Below are positions 1 to 12,384 of a stretch of DNA of 64,000 bases, in pieces. The position numbers were made by a program, and so were the translations under genes. Source of the stretch: Eledone cirrhosa (lineage: Eukaryota). A model generated the notes under the pieces. It was not told the DNA's origin. It saw only the letters and a list, made by a program, of their open reading frames with translations, and searched no databases. The stretch spans positions 117,800,001 to 117,864,000 of the forward strand of contig OZ024744.1 of NCBI GenBank assembly GCA_964016885.1. The letters are read 5' to 3'. Numbering within the stretch: the first letter of the stretch is position 1; each line of letters starts with the position of its first letter.

Positions 1-1255
1 AGTATATATATAGTTGTGATGTCACTGGTACCAAGCTGTATCAGACATTACCTTTCCCTTGGACAACATCATATATAATATATATAGTATATATATAGTT
101 GTGATGTCACTGGTACCAAGCTGTATCAGACATTACCTTTCTCTTGGACAACATCATATATATAATATATATATAGTATATATATAGTTGTGATGTCACT
201 GGTACCAAGCTGTATCAGACATTACCTTTCTCTTGGACAACATCATATATAATATATATAGTATATATATAGTTGTGACGTCACTGGTACCAAGCTGTAT
301 CAGACATTACCTTTCCCTTGGTCAACATCATATATAATATATATAGTATATATATAGTTGTGATGTCACTGGTACCAAGCTGTATCAGACATTACCTTTC
401 CCTTGGACAACATCATATATAATATATATAGTATATATATAGTTGTGACGTCACTGGTACCAAGCTGTATCAGACATTACCTTTCCCTTGGTCAACATCA
501 TATATAATATATATAGTATATATATAGTTGTGATGTCACTGGTACCAAGCTGTATCAGACATTACCTTTCCCTTGGACAACATCATATATAATATATATA
601 GTATATATATAGTTGTGATGTCACTGGTACCAAGCTGTATCAGAGATTACCTTTCTCTTGGACAACATCATATATAATATATATATAGTATATATATAGT
701 TGTGATGTCACTGTTACCAAGCTGTATCAGACATTACCTTTCCCTTGGACAACATCATATATAATATATATAGTATATATATAGTTGTGATGTCACTGGT
801 ACCAAGCTGTATCAGACATTACTTTTCTCTTGGACAACATCATATATAATATATATAGTATATATATAGTTGTGATGTCACTGGTACCAAGCTGTATCAG
901 ACATTACCTTTCCCTTGGACAACATCATATATAATATATATATAGTATATATATAGTTGTGATGTCACTGGTACCAAGCTGTATCAGACATTACCTTTCC
1001 CTTGGACAACATCATATATAATATATATATAGTATATATATAGTTGTGATGTCACTGGTACCAAGCTGTATCAGACATTACCTTTCCCTTGGACAACATC
1101 ATATATAATATATATAGTATATATATAGTTGTGATGTCACTGGTACCAAGCTGTATCAGAGATTACCTTTCTCTTGGACAACATCATATATAATATATAT
1201 ATAGTATATATATAGTTGTGTTGTCACTGGTACCAAGCTGTATCAGACATTACCT
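1..1255 (+). repeat. Minisatellite, ~15 copies of an 85-89 bp unit (SINE internal segment + TA-rich linker); runs off window start
   Basis: Unit gttgtgatgtcactggtaccaagctgtatcagacattacctttcccttggacaacatc + atatataatatatatagtatatatata recurs at about 1, 86, 175, 260 ... 1203. Confidence 0.95.
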
Positions 1256-1409
1256 GTCCCCCGGGCATCATCGGCAGTGTGGAGAGGGGTGACTGGTATA
1301 CATGGGTGACTGTTGGTCTTCCACAAACAACCTTGTCAGGACTTGTGCCTTGGTGGGGAACTTTCTAGGTGCAATGCCATGGTCATTGTTGACTTGAAGG
1401 GGGTCTTTA

Positions 1410-1411
<2 letters not shown>
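1215..1411 (+). mobile_element. 3' half of a cephalopod-type tRNA-derived SINE
   Basis: The last tandem unit continues into ggcagtgtggagagggg...ctttctaggtgcaatgccatggtcatt...gaagggggtctttacc, which I recognise as an octopus SINE 3' region. It is followed by (TA)n. Confidence 0.7.
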
Positions 1412-1484
<73 letters not shown>

Positions 1485-1620
1485 GTTAAACAATATTCAA
1501 TGATTATGTCAAAGAATGAGTTTTACAGTATATTGGAAGCACTCAACGGAAATAATTTTCTGGAGTTATTAATATTAAAATATAAGTATTAATGAAATAG
1601 ATGTTCTTTTAATCAATTAC

Positions 1621-1673
1621 ATTTTATTATACATATTTCGGATGTACAACAGTACATCCTCATCAGACAAAAT
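1621..1673 (-). ncRNA. Minimal type I hammerhead ribozyme in a TA-flanked pLTR-like fragment (1479-1728)
   Basis: Reverse strand: attttgt CTGATGA ggatgtac-tgtt-gtacatcc GAAA tatgta TA ataaaat. Stem I is 7 bp and stem II is 8 bp. Confidence 0.9.
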
Positions 1674-1851
1674 ATAATGATACATGACATACCCTGAGAT
1701 GTTAAATGGTTAAGATTTAATCCAGGTAGATATATATATATATATATATAGGGAGTGTAAGGGGTGCTGTTACTGTAGTTTCACCCAAGTGAACACTCGA
1801 TGCATAGTTTCCCGTCAGGTAACGAGGTGTAGAACTAAACAGGCAGTACAT

Positions 1852-2024
1852 ATGATAGTAAAAGGAGGAATTGTTATGCCTTCATTACGTTTGAGTAGGT
1901 TCGACGTCTTTTGGTTCCATAGTTGGGCCAGATTGAATCAGATCGAACCTTGCGCTGATCAATAGCGAAGCATCAATACTCAATAAACGTAATGAAGACA
2001 TAACAATTCATCCTTTTACCATTA
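1852..2024. repeat. Imperfect inverted repeat (~45 bp arms), MITE-like
   Basis: gtaaaaggaggaattgttatgccttcattacgttt versus aaacgtaatgaagacataacaattcatccttttac. Confidence 0.6.
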
Positions 2025-2049
2025 TATATATGTATATATATATATATAT

Positions 2050-2345
2050 GTAGGAGGTGAGTTTTATTGTAGTACAATAAAGCAATGCAGATATCGGATA
2101 AGAAGCACTCTACAGTTTGTAGGACTGGAGTATATATAATATATATGAACAAAAGATGGTTAAAGGAGTTCCATGTATTTTATTATGCGCATTTCAAAAA
2201 CAAATATCATCATGCAATAATATTTGTGTTTTCATCAGATAAAACAGGAAGACATGATATGAAGGTTAAAAAACACTTGCGGATAGTTCAGTTTTAAATC
2301 AACATATGTTCTTATATCAACATTTAAATCAACATTTGTTCTTAT
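2050..2345 (-). mobile_element. Non-coding HHR-bearing PLE-like repeat (family also at 44115-44205 and 47067-47475)
   Basis: Near-identical to 47069-47290, flanked by (TA)n, and carries a hammerhead. Confidence 0.75.
2177..2245 (-). ncRNA. Hammerhead ribozyme with long stem II and palindromic stem III
   Basis: Reverse strand: gttttat CTGATGA aaacacaaatattatt...gatgatatttgttttt GAAA tgcgca TA ataaaat. Confidence 0.85.
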
Positions 2346-2368
2346 ATATAATATATATATATATATAT

Positions 2369-2471
2369 AGGAACGAGTAGGACCCCGACGGCTGAGCTCA
2401 AGCCGTTTCGACGGCTAATTCTGGACTAAATAATCCAGAATTAGTCGTTGAAACGGCTTGAGCTCAGCCGA
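2369..2471. repeat. GC-rich palindromic element (37 bp arms, 8 nt spacer); relative at 18867-18985
   Basis: cggctgagctcaagccgtttcgacggctaattctgga / tccagaattagtcgttgaaacggcttgagctcagccg, embedded in (TA)n. Confidence 0.85.
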
Positions 2472-2492
2472 TATATATATATATATACACAC

Positions 2493-2525
<33 letters not shown>

Positions 2526-2536
2526 TATGTATATAC

Positions 2537-2603
<67 letters not shown>

Positions 2604-2609
2604 TATATG

Positions 2610-2661
<52 letters not shown>

Positions 2662-2901
2662 TATATATATATATATACACATATATATATATACACATAT
2701 ATATATATACACACATATATATATATATACACATATATATATATACACATATATATATATATACACACATATATATATATATACACATATATATATATAT
2801 ATACACATATATATATACATATATATATATACATATATATATACACATATATATATATACATATATATAGATATATACATATATACATATATATACATAT
2901 A
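2471..2901. repeat. Degenerate (TA)n/(CA) microsatellite
   Basis: Direct reading; this is the source of the spurious YI ORFs. Confidence 0.97.
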
Positions 2902-4112
2902 TTGACAGGGTTGATCATAACATTCTACTGAGAAAGCTGTCCAATATTGGTGTCACTGGAAAGCTGCTGCAGTGGATCAAGAGCTTCCTGTCAAACAGAA
3001 CCCAATATGTTGTAGTTGAGGGAGTCAAATCAAATCAAGCCCAGCCAAAGTCAGTAGTGGGGTCCCACAAGGCACTGTGTTGGGCCCACTTCTCTTCATC
3101 ATCTATATTAATGACATCACTGACAGCAACATTAAAATTTTCGCTGATGATTCCAAGCTCCAAAAGGTCATCAATGGCGTGGATGACCGGATAAGCCTTC
3201 AGTCAGACCTACTGGCTGTTACCCAATGGGCAGAAAAGAACAACATGTTACTGAACGAAGACAAATTCGAACTGATCCACTTTGGAAAAGAGGATGCTCT
3301 GAAACTCCCGTACTCCCTTCCCTCCGGGGAAACTCTCGTGGCATCTAACAACATCAGAGACTTGGGAGTAACCGTGGACAGCAGCATAAGCTGGACCACG
3401 CATATAAGCAGCAAAGTTGACATGGCCCGCAGAATGTGTTCCTGGATCCTCAGAACCTTCCAGTCGAGAGATTCCCGCACCATTATCCTTCTCTTCTCTA
3501 CTTTTGCCCGACCACACCTTGAATACTGTTGTCCACTGTGGTCTCCCACACGAAACAAAGTATCATGAAACTTGAAGCTCCTCAAAGGGCAATCACGAAA
3601 AAGATAGATGGCATGTCAGACCTTGACTACTGGGGTCGATTAGAAAACCTGAAACTTTACTCACTCCAACGTCGCCGTGAGCGTTATATTATCTGCATGA
3701 TGTGGAAAATGTTCCATCATCACTGCCCAAATGATGTTGGCATCGCCTTCAAGAAACACCCAAGGCTTGGGCCCCGTGCTATCCGTCCCATTCAAAAATC
3801 TAAATCGCAACTCATAACAACAATACGGCACAATTATTTCACCTCAATCGGCCCTGCTCTCTTCAACATCACACCAGGACACGTCAAAACAGAAACTGAC
3901 CACACAAAATTCAAGAAGTCTTTGGACAAATTCCTCCAAGTAATCCCGGACAAACCACCCACACCCGGATATGTCTCCCAAACAGTAATTCTCTTCTCGA
4001 ATGGGCCATGGTGCCCAAATCCTGAATTGAAAGACTTCGCCAGGTGGTGCTATTAAGTTAGACATGGCCTGGGCCAATACTGGCCAAAACATTTCAAAGT
4101 TATTCAAAGTTA
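2902..4112 (+). mobile_element. 5'-truncated CR1-group LINE (family CR1-a), RT C-terminal half, frameshifted
   Basis: Motifs [37 protein letters not shown] and LYSLQRRRERY; (ttcaaagtta)n tail; (TA)n on both sides. Confidence 0.9.
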
Positions 4113-4157
4113 TATAAATATATACATATATATATAGATATATACATATATATATAG

Positions 4158-4192
<35 letters not shown>

Positions 4193-4278
4193 GATATATA
4201 CATATATATATATATATATATAGATATATACATATATATATATATATATAGATATATACATATATATATATATATATA

Positions 4279-4515
4279 TTATGGACATGCTCACCGACAT
4301 CCAGAGTTGACATTGCACTCAGTGCTCCTTTGGGAGCCCCTACATGGACACACTGGAAGAGGAAGACCAAGGTTAACATATGTTGATGCCCTAAGGACAG
4401 ACACTGGTCTGTTGGAGATGCAGGATATGGCAGCGATAATGAGGGACAGAGACCGCTGGAGAGAACTCGTCCATGGATCTCGGGAATTTTACCCGCCTTA
4501 GATAGATAGATAGAT
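4279..4515 (+). mobile_element. 3' end of an RTE/RTEX-like LINE
   Basis: [20 protein letters not shown]...[11 protein letters not shown] followed by a (taga)n tail. Confidence 0.7.
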
Positions 4516-4563
4516 ATATTATGAAAATAAAACAAAGAAGCCTTCAATACATCAAAAGTCTTT

Positions 4564-4609
4564 ATTAGCCAACAATGTTTCGTCCTATTAAGGACTCATC
4601 AGGGCAATT
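4564..4609 (-). ncRNA. Minimal hammerhead ribozyme
   Basis: Reverse strand: attgcc CTGATGA gtcc-ttaata-ggac GAAA cattg TT ggctaat. Confidence 0.85.
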
Positions 4610-5479
4610 AAAACAACAAGAAGTACTATCGGCCAATACAAGCCGAAAACTCCGAAGAATATGGAGTGTACATACACTAAAGTATTGCAAGATTATGGGT
4701 AAAAATTTATAATAAAAATCACTAAGGAGGTGTATAACATTTAGAACCATATTACAAATATAGTCCAAAGCAAAAAAAACCTAGAGCTAAACAAAGGTGG
4801 TTATATAGAACAGGAATTATATATAATACTATATAATATAATATACTTGTAACAATATTAAAATTACAATAAAAATTAAAAGGCACAATATACATATGTA
4901 TATATGTACGCTCACGTACGCACATATACATATACATCAATACACATATCCATCTTTAACAGCACATATTAAACCTTATTAAGAGTTTAAATATAAATAA
5001 GCATGATAGGAATAAAAATAATAATAACACTAATAATACGTATATCTAATATACATGAAGTAATAAAATGATTAAAAGTAACACATATAATATATAATAA
5101 ACTATATAATTATATACTATATAATAAAATATAATAGATAATCTCCGGTTAATTTACACAAACAATATAGATGTCACAATAATACTATAATAATAATATA
5201 ATAACATATATAATATATAATATATAATGGCATGTAAGTTAACAAATCAATTCATATAGAGTTACAGAGTAGGTGAGGAAAAAATATAAATTGTACAATA
5301 CCCAAAATTATGATGGTACAAAAATATAAACATCTTACATGATATATAAAATTTAACATATCATAATGGTACATATAATCAACGGTAAGTAATAAGGATC
5401 AATAGTACAATAACAACTACAATATAAAATAATAAACATAATATAATATATAATTACTTATAATTACAAGGTTGGAAAA

Positions 5480-5520
5480 CTGATGAGTCCTTAATAGGAC
5501 GAAACATTGTTGGCTAATAA
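5480..5520 (+). ncRNA. Hammerhead core lacking the 5' strand of stem I (truncated inverted copy)
   Basis: CTGATGA gtcc-ttaata-ggac GAAA cattg TT ggc; the upstream ggaaaa does not pair with ggc. Confidence 0.7.
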
Positions 5521-5664
5521 AGACTTTTGATGTATTGAAGGCTTCTTTGTTTTATTTTCATAATTCTTCGGTTCTGTTTAATTACATCGAGCTATACCTT
5601 TTACTGTCATTTCTATAATACGAAGAGGGTGTTTGACTCAAACACGCTCCAGTATTTTAATCCT

Positions 5665-5698
<34 letters not shown>

Positions 5699-5727
5699 TA
5701 TATATATATATACACATACACAGTGAA

Positions 5728-5843
5728 GGCGTGTGGCTGAATGGTTAGGGAATTGGATTCGCAATCGTGAAGTTGTGAGTTCGATTCCTGGACCAGGCGA
5801 TGCGTTATGTCCTTGAGCAAGACACTTTATTTCACGTTGCTCC
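5728..5843 (+). mobile_element. tRNA-derived SINE 5' part
   Basis: A box tggctgaatgg and B box gttcgattcc, then tgtccttgagcaagacactttatttcacgttgctcc. Confidence 0.8.
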
Positions 5844-5956
5844 TTCTACCTGGAGTTGCGACCGATAGATAGTATTAGCAATTGGAAAGACCAACAGAAA
5901 CATTGTTTCCTAGGTCCGATTTGACGAAAGTCGATCGCCTAAAAAAAAAAAAAAAA

Positions 5957-6330
<374 letters not shown>

Positions 6331-6333
6331 CAA

Positions 6334-6775
6334 TCTTAACTATAATAAAGAAAGGAGTGCAGGACTGCGTCCAGAATATATTTTGTTATCCGCTTTGTAA
6401 AATGTATCTACTAAATTTCATGGCTGTTGATTAAATATATTTTATAGCTTATTTAAAGACCTTTAAAATTTTGAAATGTCAACACTTCCGGTTAGCGGCC
6501 GTTATATTGTAACACTTATAATCGCATATATTTCCGTCGCTAATTTTCTCCTAATGCAGTTTATATATAATATCATTTTTTTTTATTGTATCATGGATTA
6601 CGTTACTGATTACATAAGACAGTGTAACACAGTCTTCGTTCAATTTCTGTGTATATTGTCAAATACGATTTTATTTGATGTATCATATCTACATGTATAT
6701 ATACTTGTGTATAATATCAATATACACACTTACACATGCTAGCAGAAAACCACTCAAGGGTGGTTTTTCTGCTAG
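6334..6775 (+). mobile_element. Probable non-autonomous Helitron
   Basis: Starts a|TCttaactataataaag and ends with hairpin aaaaccactc-aa-gggtggttttt then ctgCTAG|t. It sits between A and T with no TSD. Confidence 0.6.
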
Positions 6776-6816
6776 TGATATTAATAAATGGAAACTATAT
6801 TTATAAAACCATATTT

Positions 6817-6875
6817 ATTCTATTATATATATTTCAAGGGTACCAAAACTTTGTTACGCTCTCATCAGATAAAAT
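6817..6875 (-). ncRNA. Hammerhead (imperfect stem II) in a diverged pLTR related to the Naiad pLTR at 33600
   Basis: Reverse strand: attttat CTGATGA gagcgtaac...gtaccctt GAAA tatata TA atagaat, then aaatatggttttataaatatagtttcc as at 33664-33690. Confidence 0.7.
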
Positions 6876-6998
6876 ACAAAGTTTGTTTTATAAATATTGA
6901 CATATCCAGGAATGAGATCTTAACACTTCAAGTTTTTCCTGGATAGTAAAAGGAAAGAAAGGAAAGAGAGGAAAAGTCAAATATTTCAAATTATTAAG

Positions 6999-7030
<32 letters not shown>

Positions 7031-8524
7031 TTTACGTCCGCTTTTCCCTGCTTGCAAGGGTGGGACGGGTCTTATTCAGCACATTATCTCTCCACTTGTC
7101 ACGGTCCTTCAGTGAGATTCAGTGATCTGAGGTCTGTTCTCACCACCTCCGCCCATGTTTTTCGTGGTCTACCTCTACCACATCTTACTTCAACTGGCAT
7201 TTCCTGGCACTTCTTCACCCATCGGTCATCTTCCATGCGCATCACATGTCCATACCACCTCAGTCTCCTCTCCCGTACACTACATTCTATCCCTCTCAGA
7301 CACAGTTTCTCTCTCAACACATTTATGCTGGGTCGTTCACGCACATTGACACTGTAGCAGTAAAGCGGAGCATGCTTGCCTCATTTCTCTCCAGCCGTCG
7401 CATAACCTCTGTGGTAGCTGCCCATGTCTCACTACCATGCAGCATCGCACACCTCACACAGGCATCATATAACCGGCCTTTCGTATGCAGGGAGAAACCT
7501 TTCTTCGTCAGCAGAGGAAGCGGCTCCCTAAACTGCTTCTAACCCGTCCTTATCCTAGATACTATGGCCTCGGAACACCCTCCTCCCATGCTAATCTGAT
7601 CTCCTAGGTACCGGAAGCTATCAACCATTTCTATAGCACCTACCTGCATTTGAAAAATGTGTCTATCAATGCGATTTCTACTGTCTAATTTCCCTGTACA
7701 TCTACTGCATACGTATTTCTCCCTACCTGTTAGTTTGCCTGCTATCCCGCTACATCTCTTGTGTACCCAGGACCTGCATTGTGTGCATTTTATAGAATTT
7801 ATGCCAGTTCCTTTTCTGCATATCGAACATGGCCATTTCCCTGACGGAATCAGAGTTTTGTCCTCTTTTCTACTCATCAACACTTTTGTCTTAGCTATGT
7901 TCACTCTCAGTCCTCTTGTTTCCAACTGCTGTTTCCATAGCCAGAATTTATTCTCTAGCTCCTCTACTGATTCTGGTAGAAGAACCAGATTGTCAGCATA
8001 GAGAAGTTCCCATGGACAGCCAGTCTTAAACTCCTCTGTAGTGGCTTGGAGGACTATAATGAACAAGAGCGGGCTGAGGACCGAACCTTGATGTACTCCT
8101 ACTTGTATCTGGAATTCCTCACTAAACTCTATTCCTACCCTCACTTTACTGACAGCACCTCTGTACAAAGTTTGCACTGTCCTCACAAGCCATTCCCCAA
8201 CACCTAGTTTCCTTAGGGACCACCAGATGACAGATCGGGGTTCCCTATCAAAGGCCTTCTCTAGGTCAACAAAGGATAAGTATAATGGCTTATTCTTCTC
8301 TAAGAACCTCTGTTGCAATTCTCTCACCAAGAAGAGGGCATCTGTTGTACTTTTCCAAGGCACAAAACCAAACTGCATCTCATCTAGCTTGACCCTTTCT
8401 CTAATTAGTTGCACTAATATTCTCTCTGCCACTTTCATAACCTGTTCCATCAGTTTTATACCCCTATAGTTGCTCCTCTCCAGAGCATCTCCTTTACCTT
8501 TGTAGCAATTTATGAGAATACTGC
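6999..8524 (-). mobile_element. 5'-truncated RTE-clade LINE (family RTE-A), decayed RT
   Basis: Motifs DLEKAFD, GVHQGSVLSPLLF and LLYADN; RRLRWYGHV...GRGRPRKTW; (atg)n tail; paralog of 25624-28880. Confidence 0.92.
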
Positions 8525-9118
8525 AAATGAGGTTGAGGTATAGGGCTGAAAAAGAAACGTTATTTTTAGACGCTAGGTAGATTTAAATAATTATTAGGAT
8601 TATATATATGTATGTGTAGGAAAAAGAAAGAGAAAGAAAAATAAGCTTGTACGATATTTACATGAATTTAAAATGAATTAACAGTTTGTAGAAATGGTGG
8701 AATATGATTCCAGAATTAAAAGAAAATTATTTAGCTATATTATGAGTTATAATATTATATATATAATCAATTAGATTATATGAAGAATTATGGTTGTAAG
8801 TACATTTTATCTTATTACATTGCAACAGGTTGTAAGTATATAAATATCTATATAGATTAATAATTGTGCAAGTATAAGTATTATTGGTGATTTTATAGAA
8901 ATAAACCACACGTATTAATTGTTTACATTTCTAATATGAGTTACGAAGGATGTTGATTTTACATTTTACATAAATATTTAAGAAAAAGACGTAGTTCAAA
9001 TTGTAAGAGAAGAACAATTTGTAGATTCAAATATTTTCAGAACATTAGAAAAATGTATTATTCGACATAGATAAAATATAATTGAAATTATCATCCTTGA
9101 AAAGCATGTAATATAAAA

Positions 9119-9230
9119 TTGTTTCTACTTTTGGCACAAGGCCAGCAAATACCCAGTGCATTACTGGTACTTTATTTTATCGACCCCATAAGGATGAAAG
9201 GCAAAGTTAACTTCGGCAGGATTTGAACTC
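9119..9230 (-). mobile_element. SINE 3' part (family of 62562-62743)
   Basis: Reverse complement of gagttcaaatcc...tttgcctttcatcc...gtcgataaaataaagtaccagt...gtagaaacaa. Confidence 0.8.
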
Positions 9231-9441
9231 AGTCCATAAATATAAAATAGTCCGTAATATAAAATACCTTATAATCTCACTCAAAATAATATATAATTTT
9301 CTCTACATACTTTCTAAGAAAATCATTCATCAAATTTAATGGTTAGCAAATAATATTGGAGTTGTCTTTTCCTTTACAATTGAGCAAACATATGGGATAA
9401 TAACTTGTATGATAAATTATATAATTTCGCTAAATTAATAA

Positions 9442-9550
9442 TTGTTTCTACTTTGGGCACAAGGCCAGCAAATACTCAGTGCATTACTGGTACTTTATTT
9501 TATCGACCCCATAAGGATGAAAGGCAAAATTAACCTCAACGTGATTTGAA
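9442..9550 (-). mobile_element. SINE 3' part, second direct copy
   Basis: Near-identical to 9119-9230. Confidence 0.8.
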
Positions 9551-9880
9551 TAATGTTCTGAAAAAATTTTCAATGTTGGATGAAAATATTTGAATCTACA
9601 AATTGTTCTTCTCTTACAATTTGAACTATGTCTTTTTCTTAAATATTTATGTAAAATGTAAAATCAACATCCTTCGTAACTCATATTAGAAATATAAACA
9701 ATTAATAATTGTGGTTTATTTCTATAAAATCACCAATAATACTTATATTTATACACTTATTAATCTATATAGATATTTATATACTTACAGCCTGTTGCAA
9801 TATAAGATAAAATGTACTTACAACCATAATTCTTCATATAATCTAATTGATTATATATACAATATAGCTAAATATTATGA

Positions 9881-10064
9881 CAAAAAATCACCCAGCCCAC
9901 ACTGCAAAGTGGTCGTGTACGTGCCATGGAAAAAAAGCATCCAGCTCTCACTGTAAATGAGGTTGGTGTTAGGAAGGGCATCCAGCTGTAGAAATCAAGC
10001 CAGAATCAGTTCCCATCCCACCCTTGCAAGCAGGGAAAAGCGGACGTAAAATGATGATGATGAT
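9881..10064 (+). mobile_element. Short non-coding RTE-derived (bipartite/SINE-like) element
   Basis: The ggttggtgttaggaagggcatccagc domain is joined to the RTE-A terminus cccacccttgcaagcagggaaaagcggacgtaaa(atg)n. Confidence 0.7.
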
Positions 10065-10659
10065 ATACATGTGACTAATCCCGGTATTTAAAAAAAGAAA
10101 ACCGCGATAATATTGCTTTTTGCTGAACTCCTTATTGTAGAGTTTTTTTTTCGGAATGTTTTTGACTGTTGTTTCATGTAAACAAACATTCGTCTCATTC
10201 TGACGTCACCAGCCCTGTTTTTCCACATGTGCATTTTATTTTCATAAGCACGCATGATGTTAAACTAGCCTGCTTTTAAATTACCTTTTTGGCATATTAA
10301 TCAGTGAGATTTTGGTTATCATGTTGAGCTCTGCTGACGATCGAATTCCAACCGTGACCATCCCCACTGAAAGTTTTCGTGAAATAGTCTTTTCAAGACT
10401 ATACAGAGCATTTGTAGTTGTCCCAAATTGAAGGATGAGTATTTTAAACTTTATTTTATCATGAGTTAAGGCTCTATTGATTTTTCCCTGGATTTCACTA
10501 AATTCTGTTGGATAAATCTATATCCTGATTCTTTTTGAATTGAGTTTGAATTATTTTTTCCCACATCTTACGTTAACTATTTTCCCATTTTGACGCTAGA
10601 GTCACTTATATATTATGGAATACTGTTAGCTTCTCGCTACAATCATTTCTATACCTTTC

Positions 10660-10698
<39 letters not shown>

Positions 10699-10818
10699 TA
10701 AAATTCAAAGGGATATATGTATATAATTAGACATAGTCACATATACATATGAGTTTGGCTACCTTTCACAGTGTGGCTCAATGAAGGATTAATTAAGCAA
10801 ATAATCATTAATCAGAGC

Positions 10819-11503
10819 TATATATAAAATTGCAAGTTTGAAGAATTATTAGATAAAATATATACAGTATTTCCTCACCCTAGTCCGTATAAATCAACCA
10901 CATAAATAATCATTTAAACGACGCTATAAGTTTAAAATGTAACTATGAAGAAATAATAGACAAATGATACAGACTATCTTCCGTGAGGGACAACCAGATA
11001 AAATTTATCTAGTGATTCCTTTTAGCCCGTAGAAATTGACTAGACAAATAATCAACTACACAGTTAGGTCAAAAAAAGAAGTTTGAAGAAAAAATGCATA
11101 TAAACTTTACCAAAATTCCTCTAGTCTCAACTACTGGTAGTTTCGTTCCTTTTCTGCGGATATATCCGATCCTGGAATGAAACTGCCGGTAGTCGAGACT
11201 AGAGGAATTTTGGTAAAGTTTATATGCATTTTTTCTTCAAACTTATATTTTTGACCTAACTGTGTAGTTGATTATTTGTCTAGTCAATTTCTACGGGCTA
11301 AAAGGAATGACTAGATAAATTTTATCTGGCTGTCCCTTGCGGAAAATAGTCTGTATCATTTGTCTATTATTTCTTCAGTTACATTTTAAACTTATAGCGT
11401 CGTTTAAATGATTATTTATGTGGTTGATTTATACGGACTAGGGTGAGGAAATACTGTATATATTTTATCTAATAATTCTTCAAACTTGCAATTTTATATA
11501 TAT
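10819..11503. repeat. Long palindrome / foldback element (~330 bp arms, ~24 nt spacer)
   Basis: 10819-11148 is the reverse complement of 11173-11503 at high identity, with TA at both ends. Confidence 0.92.
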
Positions 11504-11564
11504 GCATATAGATAAATGAAATGATTACAAAGGAGAATACATACTGTTAGATGTTTATTCAAAA

Positions 11565-11615
11565 GCACCTACGTACGTTTTGCCCGAACAGGGCTTCTCA
11601 AAGGCATACAAGTCT
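11565..11615 (-). ncRNA. Variant hammerhead (U3-A8 core), G12 mutated
   Basis: Reverse strand: gcct TTGAGAA gccc-tgttc-gggc AAAA cgtacg TA ggtgc. Confidence 0.55.
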
Positions 11616-11748
11616 AGAGAGTGTTCAGTACAGGACCCAGAAGGGGTTTTTTAGCGATAGTCACATCAAAGTTCATTCTTGGTTCAAACAGTCATGTTGT
11701 TATTGTCACAGAGCAAAGCCTCTACTCTCTCACGATACGAAAATATTC

Positions 11749-11792
<44 letters not shown>

Positions 11793-11895
11793 CATGTATA
11801 TATATATATATATATGTGTATATATGTATATATATATGTGTATATATGTATATATACATGTATATATATATATATATATATGTGTATATATGTAT

Positions 11896-11949
<54 letters not shown>

Positions 11950-12115
11950 ATATATGTATATATGTAGGGACCAAATAAATATATATATATTTTTTTAAAA
12001 TAAAACTCCAGTTGCATTTTCGATTTCATCTCTTTTTCTTTATACTTTCACTCGTGTAGGACACCTCGGTTATTTTTCATTTTGTAAAAAAACCTCACTT
12101 TCTAATGTATATATG

Positions 12116-12148
<33 letters not shown>

Positions 12149-12265
12149 GTATATGTATATATATATATATGTATATATATGTATATGTATATATATGTAT
12201 ATGTATATATATGTATATATATGTATATGTATATATATGTATATATATGTATATGTATATATATG

Positions 12266-12296
<31 letters not shown>

Positions 12297-12319
12297 GTAT
12301 ATATATATGTATATATATG

Positions 12320-12368
<49 letters not shown>

Positions 12369-12384
12369 GTATGTATATATATGT

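Larger units (their letters stand above)
4519..5667 (-). mobile_element. Non-coding PLE-like element with inverted HHR-containing termini
   Basis: 4519-4602 is the reverse complement of 5480-5564. The middle is AT-rich and non-coding, and the right copy has a ~100 bp 3' extension before (TA)n. Confidence 0.75.
8727..9875. repeat. ~320 bp inverted repeat pair (8727-9047 / 9550-9875)
   Basis: The arms are reverse complements with small indels, and the two short MVYFYKITNNTY ORFs mirror each other. Confidence 0.9.

Noticed and set aside
1-1255. CRISPR-like regular repeat
   Set aside because: The linkers are near-identical rather than unique spacers, the context is eukaryotic, and there are no cas genes.
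5728-5800. tRNA gene
   Set aside because: A and B boxes are present, but there is no clean cloverleaf and the sequence continues into a SINE body.
8727-9956. Duplicated small gene (MVYFYKITNNTY ORFs)
   Set aside because: They are a by-product of the inverted repeat, with GTG starts, AT-rich sequence and no homology recognised.
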